This document shows positions 30,487 through 38,894 of a stretch of 64,000 nt of DNA, in pieces. The DNA comes from Alphaproteobacteria bacterium. GTDB lineage: Bacteria; Pseudomonadota; Alphaproteobacteria; Rhodobacterales; Rhodobacteraceae. Both the position numbers and the translations under genes were made by a program. The stretch covers positions 19,221 to 83,220 of the forward strand of contig JAUHYC010000007.1 of NCBI GenBank assembly GCA_030426685.1, given 5' to 3'. The notes below the pieces were generated by a model, which saw only the letters and a list, made by a program, of their open reading frames with translations, was not told the origin of the DNA and made no database searches. Every line of letters starts with the position of its first letter. The stretch's first letter is position 1.

Positions 30487-31075
30487 TTGACACTGCCTCT
30501 TTTGCTTCAAACAGATATGCGTCGAAGGCCCCTGCAATGGAGGCCAGTAACGCGGTGCAATCCACTTCACGCCGGGAGGTGCCCACCTGCAGTCGCGCCT
30601 GACCCGGCTCTAACGCAGGGTCTTCGATGACTTGTGGCGCCGTTGCCGGATCCTGCGGCAACAGCGCCTCGATCTGCGAGGACGCTCCGACAGGCACCGT
30701 TAGTTGCATTGGCTGCCCGACCTGCTCTCGTGCCATCTCGGACAATTGTTCCGTAAGACGGGTTGCAAATCCACGCTCAAGAGTTTCCGGCAGAACGGTC
30801 TCAATCAGGCTCTGGAACATTGGTTCCAACGAGAACGTCATGCGCGTCAGCGCCTCCTGATAGGTAAAGGACAGGTCGGATAAGGTGGCGGTCAGATCGG
30901 CCTCCAGCTGATTGCGCCCCTGTTCCTGCGTCTGAAGCGCATCCTCCCAGCCCGCGCCATAACCCTGTTCGAACGCGGCGAGACGCTGTTCCTCCAGCGC
31001 TTCCTCATCCAGCAGATGCACCGCACCGCAAGACGTGTGAACCGAGAAATCCTCAAGCAGATGGGCAATCGACAT
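30479..31075 (-). CDS. fliH: FliH-like flagellar assembly protein
   Basis: AFEQGYGAGWEDA AxxxG repeats; position between fliF and fliN. Confidence 0.75.
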   Translation of the reverse strand: MSIAHLLEDFSVHTSCGAVHLLDEEALEEQRLAAFEQGYGAGWEDALQTQEQGRNQLEADLTATLSDLSFTYQEALTRMTFSLEPMFQSLIETVLPETLERGFATRLTEQLSEMAREQVGQPMQLTVPVGASSQIEALLPQDPATAPQVIEDPALEPGQARLQVGTSRREVDCTALLASIAGAFDAYLFEAKEAVSNE

Positions 31076-32670
31076 CACACCTTCTCCTCGCTTTCCTCGA
31101 GCCAACTGCGCAGTATCTCAACCGTCTCTTCCTGCTTGTCGCCTATCATCGAGCGGAGACGATCAACGGCGTCCACGCCCGGCGCGCCGGTTATCGCCGG
31201 CACCGCCGGATGTCCCGGATCGGGCAGCGGCGTGAAGCCCTGAGACTCACCGGTTGCGATCTCGCCCACCAGATATGGGGCATCGTCTGCAGGTGTGGCA
31301 CTTGCGGGCAGCAGCGCGGGGGCAGAGGCCGGGTTGGTGAGGATCGGCCGGATGACAAACAGACCCAAAACAAGTGAAACCAGCGCCAAAACAGCCATCT
31401 GGATCAGAGACATTGCATCGAAATGAACCTTCTGCCAGATCGAAGCCGCCGCAAGCGTGCCTTGGGGTTCGACCACTGGCAGATCGAGAGATTTCAGTGT
31501 AATCACATCGCCGCGCTCGGGATCGAAGCCCACGGCCGAGGCAACCAGTTCCTCGAGCGCGTCCAGCTCGGATTGCGGCATCGGAACAAACATCTCTGTA
31601 CCGTCCGCGCCCACCTCTCGCGCACCATTGACCAGAACCGCAACCGTCAGGCGCTTGATCGCGCCGGGGCCGCGGTGCACCTGCAATTCCGTCTCGGACA
31701 CCTCGTAGTTCACTCGCTCGCGGGTCTGGGTCGCATTCGAGTTCGATTCGTCCCCGCCCCCGCCATCTCCGTCGGGCAGGTTCGATGCAACGGTCACATC
31801 CGCGGACTGGTTGCGGGCGCTGTCCGAGCGTTCCTCGACATCCGTACTGATCGCGACGCGACCCTTGGGGTCAAAGCGGCGCTCGCGGATGGATTCGGTT
31901 TCTGTCACCGTATCCACGCTGACCTCTACCACCGCATTGCCGGTTCCCGCCCGCGCCTCGACCAGCCGCAGCACGCGTTCCCGTAACTGACGCGCCTTGT
32001 CATCCGCCGTGTCTGCGGCAACAGCCGTTTCCTGCACCCCGATCACGGCTCCGTTTGAATCGATCACCGCGACATTATCAGGAGCCAGACCGCTGACGGC
32101 CGAGGCCACGAGAAACCGGATCGCCTTGGCCTGATCGCTCGTGATCTGCGCACCCGAGGGCACCAGATAGACCGAAGCGGTTGGTTCAACACTGCGCTGA
32201 AACGGGTTGGCGGACCCGTTGGCAATGTGCACGCGCGCCTGGCTGACATGCGGGCTGCCGACGATCGTGCGGGCCAGCTCACCCTCTTTCGCGCGCCAGT
32301 ATGCGGCGTCGAACATCTGCGAGGTGGTGCCGAACCCGCTGAGCGAATCCAGCAGTTCATACCCGCGATTGCCATTGGCAGGCAGCCCTTCGCTGGCCAG
32401 CGTCATGCGTAGCTCATCGCGCTGCGAACCCGGCACGTAGATCGAGCCACCGCGAATCTCATAGGCAACGCCACGCTGATCCAGCGCACGCACGATATCC
32501 CCGGCCGCCCCGCTTTCAAGCCCCGCATACAGCAGGGTCATCGAGGGTGCGCTCACGATCCGCGACATTGCCAGTACGCCGAGAAACACCAGCGCCACCG
32601 CACCGGCCACGATGATTTGTTTGCGCTTGTCCAAACTTGCCCAGACAGTTCCGATCTGCTGCACGCTCAC
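31075..32670 (-). CDS. fliF: flagellar MS-ring protein
   Basis: GYELLD..SGFGTT, RAKEGELARTI, ARVHIA, RLTVAVLVNG, AVGFDPERGD. Confidence 0.95.
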   Translation of the reverse strand: MSVQQIGTVWASLDKRKQIIVAGAVALVFLGVLAMSRIVSAPSMTLLYAGLESGAAGDIVRALDQRGVAYEIRGGSIYVPGSQRDELRMTLASEGLPANGNRGYELLDSLSGFGTTSQMFDAAYWRAKEGELARTIVGSPHVSQARVHIANGSANPFQRSVEPTASVYLVPSGAQITSDQAKAIRFLVASAVSGLAPDNVAVIDSNGAVIGVQETAVAADTADDKARQLRERVLRLVEARAGTGNAVVEVSVDTVTETESIRERRFDPKGRVAISTDVEERSDSARNQSADVTVASNLPDGDGGGGDESNSNATQTRERVNYEVSETELQVHRGPGAIKRLTVAVLVNGAREVGADGTEMFVPMPQSELDALEELVASAVGFDPERGDVITLKSLDLPVVEPQGTLAAASIWQKVHFDAMSLIQMAVLALVSLVLGLFVIRPILTNPASAPALLPASATPADDAPYLVGEIATGESQGFTPLPDPGHPAVPAITGAPGVDAVDRLRSMIGDKQEETVEILRSWLEESEEKV

Positions 32671-32722
32671 CTCCGACTCACCGACATTCTGCTCGGTTCA
32701 ACCTCTGTTTGGACGATTGCCC

Positions 32723-32737
32723 TTAACAATCGGTTAG
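32723..32737. promoter_or_regulatory. CtrA-like box TTAA-N7-TTAG
   Basis: One mismatch to TTAA-N7-TTAA, in the divergent fliF/fliL intergenic region. Confidence 0.6.
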
Positions 32738-32783
32738 TCCCTGCGGGGTTATGACAATTGCGGAACGGATCGACGAGGACACC

Positions 32784-33281
32784 ATGACCGACGCAACTGC
32801 GGAAGAGGCGGAAGCCCCCGTTAAATCAGGGAAAAAAGGGTTGATCATCGGGCTGATTCTGGCCATCGCCGGAGGTGTTGGCGGGTACTTCTCAACCGCG
32901 ACGGGCCTACTGCCCATTGGCAGGGCTGACGTGACGAAAGAGGCTGAAAAGACAGGCGAAAGTGCTGCGGACGAAGCGTTGCCCGATGTTGCCTTTGTCG
33001 ACCTGCCACCGGTGATTGTTTCGGTCAACATGAACGATTCGCGGCATCTCAAATTCCACGCACAGCTTGAGGTGAATGCAGACTACGCCGCCGATGTTGA
33101 AAAACTGCGGCCCCGAATCATGGACGTGCTGAACAGCTATCTGCGGGCGGTCGAACTGTCCGATCTTGAGGATTCGATGGCCTTGATGCGGATTCGCGGC
33201 CACCTGCTGCGGCGCATCGGGATCGTCACGGGCGAAGGTCGTGTGCGTGATGTTCTGGTGATGGAATTCGTATTGAACTAG
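32784..33281 (+). CDS. fliL: flagellar basal-body protein FliL
   Basis: N-terminal TM; FVDLPPVIV, PRIMDVLNSYLR, VRDVLVMEFVLN. Confidence 0.9.
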   Translation: MTDATAEEAEAPVKSGKKGLIIGLILAIAGGVGGYFSTATGLLPIGRADVTKEAEKTGESAADEALPDVAFVDLPPVIVSVNMNDSRHLKFHAQLEVNADYAADVEKLRPRIMDVLNSYLRAVELSDLEDSMALMRIRGHLLRRIGIVTGEGRVRDVLVMEFVLN

Positions 33282-33290
33282 GAGGCGAAG

Positions 33291-33788
33291 TTGGAGCTGA
33301 TTGCGGATATGCTGCTGGTCGCGGGCGCACTTGGGGCAGGGTTGTACTGCTTTGTCCTCGCACGAAGGTTGAGGCGTTTTACCGATCTTGAAAAGGGCGT
33401 GGGTGGTGCCGTTTCCGTTCTGTCCGCCCAGGCGGATGAGCTAAAGAAGTCCCTGGATAGCGCGCGTGAGGCGTCAGACGGCTCTGGTAAGGTGCTGCGT
33501 GAGTTGACCGAGCGGGCCGAAACCGTCGCACAGCGGCTGGAGTTGATGATGGCCTCAATGCATGACGTCGTGCCCGAGGCTCCTGCCGGTAAACAAGACG
33601 CGACTGATGCAGTTGAGGAATCCGAGATATCCGTGGAGCCCGAGGCGCCGGAGGAACCCGAGGATATGGCTGCGGCCATCGAATCAACCAGCCCGCCCGC
33701 CTCGGAAGCGCCTGAAGATCCTGTCAAAAAGCCCGAAGGACTGATGTTTTTCCGCCATGCCCGCGCTCCGGGTGGAGCCGGATCATGA
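33291..33788 (+). CDS. flagellar-cluster hypothetical protein (TM, coiled coil, acidic tail)
   Basis: TTG start after GGAGG; N-terminal TM. Confidence 0.75.
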   Translation: MELIADMLLVAGALGAGLYCFVLARRLRRFTDLEKGVGGAVSVLSAQADELKKSLDSAREASDGSGKVLRELTERAETVAQRLELMMASMHDVVPEAPAGKQDATDAVEESEISVEPEAPEEPEDMAAAIESTSPPASEAPEDPVKKPEGLMFFRHARAPGGAGS

Positions 33789-34375
33789 CGCGACGAGCCG
33801 CAAGCCCGGAACCACGTGGCCGCAGCGGGGTATTGACCGTGATCTCAATGCTGATGATCGGGTCTGCCGTCATTCGCATCGGACTGGAAGCCGGGCCTGC
33901 GCTGGCTAAGAGTGCGGAACCTGAAGACATACCGCAGGAAAAATCCGAGAAGACCAGCGTTGAAGCGGCGGATTTGCAGCTGCTGCTGACCGAATTGTTG
34001 CGCCGTGAAGAAGATCTGAACCGGCGCGAAGCTGTTATCGCAGATCGTGAACACGCCTTGGATATCGCGGATCAGGCCATCGAAACCCGGCTGACCCTGT
34101 TACAGGAAGCCGAAGAAAGCCTGCGCGAAACCGTAGCGATTGCGGAAAAGGCCGCGGAAAACGATCTGACTCAGCTGACGGATGTCTATCAGAACATGAA
34201 ACCCAAGGATGCTGCGGCCCTGTTCGAGACGATGGATGCCGTTTTCGCAGCCGGTTTCCTGTCGCGGATGCCGCCGGATGCGGCGGCAAATGTGATGGCC
34301 GGGCTCAGCCCCGAGGCCGCCTATACGATCAGCGTGGTCATGGCCGGGCGCAATGCCAACGCCCCGCAGGAGTAG
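33785..34375 (+). CDS. MotE-family protein
   Basis: LTDVYQNMKPKDAAALF, M.P..AA.VM. Confidence 0.85.
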   Translation: MTRRAASPEPRGRSGVLTVISMLMIGSAVIRIGLEAGPALAKSAEPEDIPQEKSEKTSVEAADLQLLLTELLRREEDLNRREAVIADREHALDIADQAIETRLTLLQEAEESLRETVAIAEKAAENDLTQLTDVYQNMKPKDAAALFETMDAVFAAGFLSRMPPDAAANVMAGLSPEAAYTISVVMAGRNANAPQE

Positions 34376-34415
34376 CCACTATGCGCACACCCCCATTCAA
34401 CCTCGGAGATCACAT

Positions 34416-35285
34416 ATGATCGGGCTCATCGGAATTGCCGTCATCTTTGTCATGGTGTTCGGCGGATATCTGGCTGCCGGTGGCAAGATGGCCATCATTC
34501 TGAAATCACTCCCATTTGAGATGATGATGATCGGCGGCGCTGCCGTTGGCGCGTTCCTGATCAGCAACGACATCGGTGGTGTCAAACATACCGCCAAGGA
34601 CATGGCCAAGGTGTTCAAAGGACCGAAATGGAAACCCGAGGACTATCGCGATCTGCTGTGTCTGCTGTTTTCGCTGATCCGGATCGCACGCGCGAACCCG
34701 GTCGAGGTTGAGCAGCATATCGAAGACCCTGATGATTCATCCCTGTTTTCCGCCTACCCGAAGATTCAGGCCGACAAGGAAGCGGTGGATCTGATCTGCG
34801 ACACGATGCGCTCGGCAGCGATGAATTATGACGACCCGCATCAGGTTGAGGAGGTTCTGGAAAAGCGGATGGAGGCGAATTTCCATCACGCAATGCATTC
34901 CAGCCACGCTTTGCAAACGGTCGCGGACGGGCTGCCGGCGTTGGGGATCGTGGCCGCAGTGCTTGGCGTGATCAAGACGATGGGATCGATCGACCAACCA
35001 CCTGAAGTGCTGGGCAAACTGATCGGCGGTGCCCTGGTGGGGACCTTTTTGGGCGTATTTCTCGCCTATGGTTTGGTCGGGCCATTCGCAGGAAAATTGA
35101 AGGCTGTGGTCGAGGAGGACAATCACTTCTACCAATTGATCAAAGAGGTTCTGGTCGCCAACCTGCACAATCACAACGCCGCCATGTGCATTGAGGTCGG
35201 GCGACAGAACACGCCGACACATAACCGCCCCGGCTTTTCCGAGCTTGAGGACGCACTGAAAGAGCTCAAGCAGGCAGCGGCATGA
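34416..35285 (+). CDS. motA: flagellar motor stator MotA
   Basis: VFGGYLAAGG, LPALGIVAAVLGVIKTM, ALVGTFLGVFLAYG, IEVGRQ. Confidence 0.96.
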   Translation: MIGLIGIAVIFVMVFGGYLAAGGKMAIILKSLPFEMMMIGGAAVGAFLISNDIGGVKHTAKDMAKVFKGPKWKPEDYRDLLCLLFSLIRIARANPVEVEQHIEDPDDSSLFSAYPKIQADKEAVDLICDTMRSAAMNYDDPHQVEEVLEKRMEANFHHAMHSSHALQTVADGLPALGIVAAVLGVIKTMGSIDQPPEVLGKLIGGALVGTFLGVFLAYGLVGPFAGKLKAVVEEDNHFYQLIKEVLVANLHNHNAAMCIEVGRQNTPTHNRPGFSELEDALKELKQAAA

Positions 35286-37441
35286 TCCGGGCGCTGACGC
35301 TGATCCTGTTTATCTGGGCTTCGGGTGCTTCGGCGCAGGCTTTGCGCGTGCGTTCCGGTGAACATGACGGCTATACGCGTCTTGTTGTGCAGGTCCCGGC
35401 CGGTACGGACTGGACCCTGGATCAACGCCAAAACGGCGCGCGTCTGAACATCTCCATCGACGACGTGACTTTTGACACACGCTTTGTTTTTGACCGGCTG
35501 TCGGGGACGCGGTTGCAGGCGTTGACGCAGACCGAACCGGGCGGCGCACTGGACATGAGATTTGGCTGCGACTGCGTAGCGAAAGCTTTTCTGCACCAGA
35601 ATTCGATGGTGGTGATTGACATCAAACCGGGCGTATTCGATCCGCCACCTGCCCCCGTGCCAGAGCTGCCTTTGACGCCCCCAACAAGCAGTCCGATATC
35701 TGACGAAGCTCCGGTCGCCAGCTTGGCGCTTTCGCTTTTGCATCTGAACCGACTGGGATTTGAAGGCCAGTTGATGTCGCGCATATTGCAGGGAGCCGAC
35801 CGCGAGGTGGTGGACCTGAATCTGGCAGAGGTCGGGCCCCGGCTGACAGTCGCTCCTGGTTCGCTGCACGCAAGCGAAAAGCTGGCCTCTAATCTGAAGT
35901 TGCGCTCGGTTTTGGACGACGTCCGGGGGCTTGAGGCTCTGGCGCTCCCCCCCCTCAGCGCGCGCACCGAATGTATCACCGATCGGGAGCTGGGTTTTGA
36001 TAATTGGTCAGACGCAAGGCCGTTCGCAATTCAGGTTGCCGCCTATCGGGTCGGCTTGTTTCAGGAATTCGATCGGGTCGATTACCCGCGGGCGATACAG
36101 TTGGCACAAGTGTATGTTTATCACGGATTTGGAGCAGAAGCAGCGCAGGTTCTTGACTTGTTGGGCAGCCCGGCAGCCGACCAGGAACAGCTGTTGGCCA
36201 TTGCCCATGCGATGGATGGTGCACCCGTCCCGACCTCCAACCCATTTGCCGGGCAGCAACGATGCGATGGATCGGCCGCTTTCTGGGCGGTGATCACCGA
36301 AGGTAAACTGACACCTGATGCAAACCTGAACGCGATCGAGCAGGGTTTTGGCCGCCTGCCCCGACATTTGCGACGGCATTTGGCTGCGACACTGTCGGAG
36401 ATACTGATTTCCGCAGGAAAACTGGAAGCCTCTCGTCGGATTCTGCGTGCCGTTGGCCGGGTGACCGAAGAGGATTCGGTGGATGTGAAACTGGCCAAAG
36501 CAGACATTGCCACCGCCGAAGGGGACGTAGCCGCCGCAGAAACGTTGTTGTCCGACATCGCGGCCTCGGCCAATACAATCACAGAAGCACCGCTGGCGCT
36601 GGCACGTCTGATCGACAGGCGCTGGTCGGATCGCGGCACAATCGCACCGGGTGAACTTGAGCTTGCCGCGGGCTACGCGCAACAGTTGCGCCGGTCAGAG
36701 CTCGGGCCGATGATGGCGCAGACGCATGTGCTTGCGCTGGCCTTGTCTCAGGAGTTTGACGATGCGTTGCGGCGCATTGAAACCGTTCCTGATATGCGCG
36801 AATGGCAACGTACACGGGATCAGGTGCTGCAACTTCTCGCGGAAAGAGCGGATGATATCACTTTTCTGCGCCACGCGCTGGCCATGTCGGACAAAACGCG
36901 CAATTCGGTTTCGGTGGATACGGCCGTTTCCCTCGCTGAACGCCTCGTCGATCTGGGGTTTACCGCCCCGGCACAGGCGCTGGCCTCCAGACCGCAGGAC
37001 CGCACGCGACGCCTGAACAGGGCACAGCTCAGGTCGCAGGTGGCTTTGCTGCAGAATCGTCCGCGTCAGGCCCTATTGGAAATCGCTGGGGACGACTCCG
37101 CACGGGCGGAGCGTTTGCGGGCTCAGGCCATCACGCAAACGCAGGATTATACCGAAGCGGCCCGAGTATTGCGGGAAGCCGGCGAGACTGAGGCGGCTGA
37201 CCGCTATGACTGGCTGGCCGGATCTGCAATCGACGATACAAAACCATCGACCCGGTTCGGAGTCATCAATCAGATCAGTACACACCTGACACAGGTGGCC
37301 ACGCGACAGCCGGACAAGCCTTTGGCCGATGCCGCTGCATTGCTCGAAGACAGCGCAATGGCGCGGGGCCAGATCGCCGATCTGCTTGCACGTATTGCGG
37401 GTGCGGGGGGTGACCAGGGGATCAATGGACATACACAATAG
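35282..37441 (+). CDS. large secreted flagellar-cluster hypothetical protein
   Basis: Signal peptide; RSGEHDGYTRLVV N-terminal domain; helical repeats; coupled to motA by ATGA overlap. Confidence 0.75.
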   Translation: MIRALTLILFIWASGASAQALRVRSGEHDGYTRLVVQVPAGTDWTLDQRQNGARLNISIDDVTFDTRFVFDRLSGTRLQALTQTEPGGALDMRFGCDCVAKAFLHQNSMVVIDIKPGVFDPPPAPVPELPLTPPTSSPISDEAPVASLALSLLHLNRLGFEGQLMSRILQGADREVVDLNLAEVGPRLTVAPGSLHASEKLASNLKLRSVLDDVRGLEALALPPLSARTECITDRELGFDNWSDARPFAIQVAAYRVGLFQEFDRVDYPRAIQLAQVYVYHGFGAEAAQVLDLLGSPAADQEQLLAIAHAMDGAPVPTSNPFAGQQRCDGSAAFWAVITEGKLTPDANLNAIEQGFGRLPRHLRRHLAATLSEILISAGKLEASRRILRAVGRVTEEDSVDVKLAKADIATAEGDVAAAETLLSDIAASANTITEAPLALARLIDRRWSDRGTIAPGELELAAGYAQQLRRSELGPMMAQTHVLALALSQEFDDALRRIETVPDMREWQRTRDQVLQLLAERADDITFLRHALAMSDKTRNSVSVDTAVSLAERLVDLGFTAPAQALASRPQDRTRRLNRAQLRSQVALLQNRPRQALLEIAGDDSARAERLRAQAITQTQDYTEAARVLREAGETEAADRYDWLAGSAIDDTKPSTRFGVINQISTHLTQVATRQPDKPLADAAALLEDSAMARGQIADLLARIAGAGGDQGINGHTQ

Positions 37442-37541
37442 GCACGCTGTGTATCGTGATGTAAAGGCAGGGACTCATCGGTCTGAAGGCACCATTTCAG
37501 GCTCTAACGCGCCGAGTTTGCAGCCACAGGTCAGCCGCGCG

Positions 37542-38894
37542 TCACGGATCAGGCGGATCATAGAGCAGATCAGCAATGTCGGAAAAGCGCGAGTCCGGAC
37601 GCGTGAGACCGAGTATTCCCGCGCTGATCCGGCTGGCCCGCGCCGCACCAATCACCGGTTCGGCGAAGGCAGTGTATTTGTCCATTATCTCTTGCCGGCT
37701 CAGCGGCATGTCCGGCCCGCCGCGCGCATTGAGATCGCCGGACCGCAGCAAATCACCGCCCGTGGTTTCAATCTCGACATCTGCCCAGCGCCCCTCCGGG
37801 AACCTTGCGCAATGGTGTTCGGATTCGGTAACGCGGATACGGGACATCACCTGACTGACAGCTGGGTCCGTCAGACCTGCGCCTGAGATATGCTCGACCC
37901 CGATCCGCCCATGGACGGCCTGCACCGCGACGGCAAAGGGCAGAGAATATTGCGCTTGCGATGTGGTCTGAGGCAGGTCCGAGAACAAGCGGGCCGCCTC
38001 GGTGAAACTGCGGATGCGGATCGCAGCGATCTGCTGGTGCGACAGCCTATGCTGCTGCACAATCAGCCGGACACCATCGATCGCGGCATGGGCCCAGCGG
38101 CAAATCGGGTAGGGTTTGATATATTGCTGTTCAGTCTGCCAGATTTGGCCCAGATCGGCCCAAAACGGTGCGGCATCTTCAGCTTCGATGGTGATGGCGG
38201 GTGCTCCGGTAAACCCGCGTTCGGCCAGAACGGCGGATGACAGCCCGACCAATGCCCCCCAGCCTGACCCGTCATGCAACATTGTCGGATTTGCGATTTC
38301 ACGCATCATCTGGCTGCGGGGTCCATGGTATTCGGCAATCCCCAGCGCTTGTCGGAGTTGCGCAGGTGAATGACCGCGCAAACGCGCCGCCATCGCCGCC
38401 ACGCCCAACGCGTTCCAGGCTCCGGAGGTGTGATAATCGCTCACCGTGGCATGTAGCGTCAGACCGGCGCGGCCCGCAATCTCATACCCGGTGATCAGGG
38501 CCGCCAACGCTTCCGGCCCGGTCAGATCAGGCTTGCGCTCAGCCAATGCAGCCAGCACCGGAACAACCGCGACGCCGATATGGCCCTTGACCGGATTAAA
38601 ACCGTCATGGGCATCAAGGTTGTCTGTCTGTGTGGCGGTGGCATAAGCGGCCCCGGCAACGCTGACACGACGTCCATCGAACAACATACGGGCGCTGAAA
38701 TCAGGCTCTAAACTGGCAAATAACAGTGTAGCGGTATCTCGTGCGATCACTCCGGCCTGCATCGGCCCCGCCGCGATCAATACTCCGATTGTGCCCAGCA
38801 GCAGCAGTGCAGCAGCGGAACGTGCGCTTTCGGGCATGTCCTCTGCGGCAGTGTCCAGCGCAAATGCGGCGACGCGATTGAAAGTATCGGTCAT
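37542..38894 (-). CDS. MmgE/PrpD-family protein
   Basis: DNLDAHDG...GH.G, GYEIAGR, YHTSG, YIKPYPICRWAH, QYSLPF. Confidence 0.9.
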   Translation of the reverse strand: MTDTFNRVAAFALDTAAEDMPESARSAAALLLLGTIGVLIAAGPMQAGVIARDTATLLFASLEPDFSARMLFDGRRVSVAGAAYATATQTDNLDAHDGFNPVKGHIGVAVVPVLAALAERKPDLTGPEALAALITGYEIAGRAGLTLHATVSDYHTSGAWNALGVAAMAARLRGHSPAQLRQALGIAEYHGPRSQMMREIANPTMLHDGSGWGALVGLSSAVLAERGFTGAPAITIEAEDAAPFWADLGQIWQTEQQYIKPYPICRWAHAAIDGVRLIVQQHRLSHQQIAAIRIRSFTEAARLFSDLPQTTSQAQYSLPFAVAVQAVHGRIGVEHISGAGLTDPAVSQVMSRIRVTESEHHCARFPEGRWADVEIETTGGDLLRSGDLNARGGPDMPLSRQEIMDKYTAFAEPVIGAARASRISAGILGLTRPDSRFSDIADLLYDPPDP

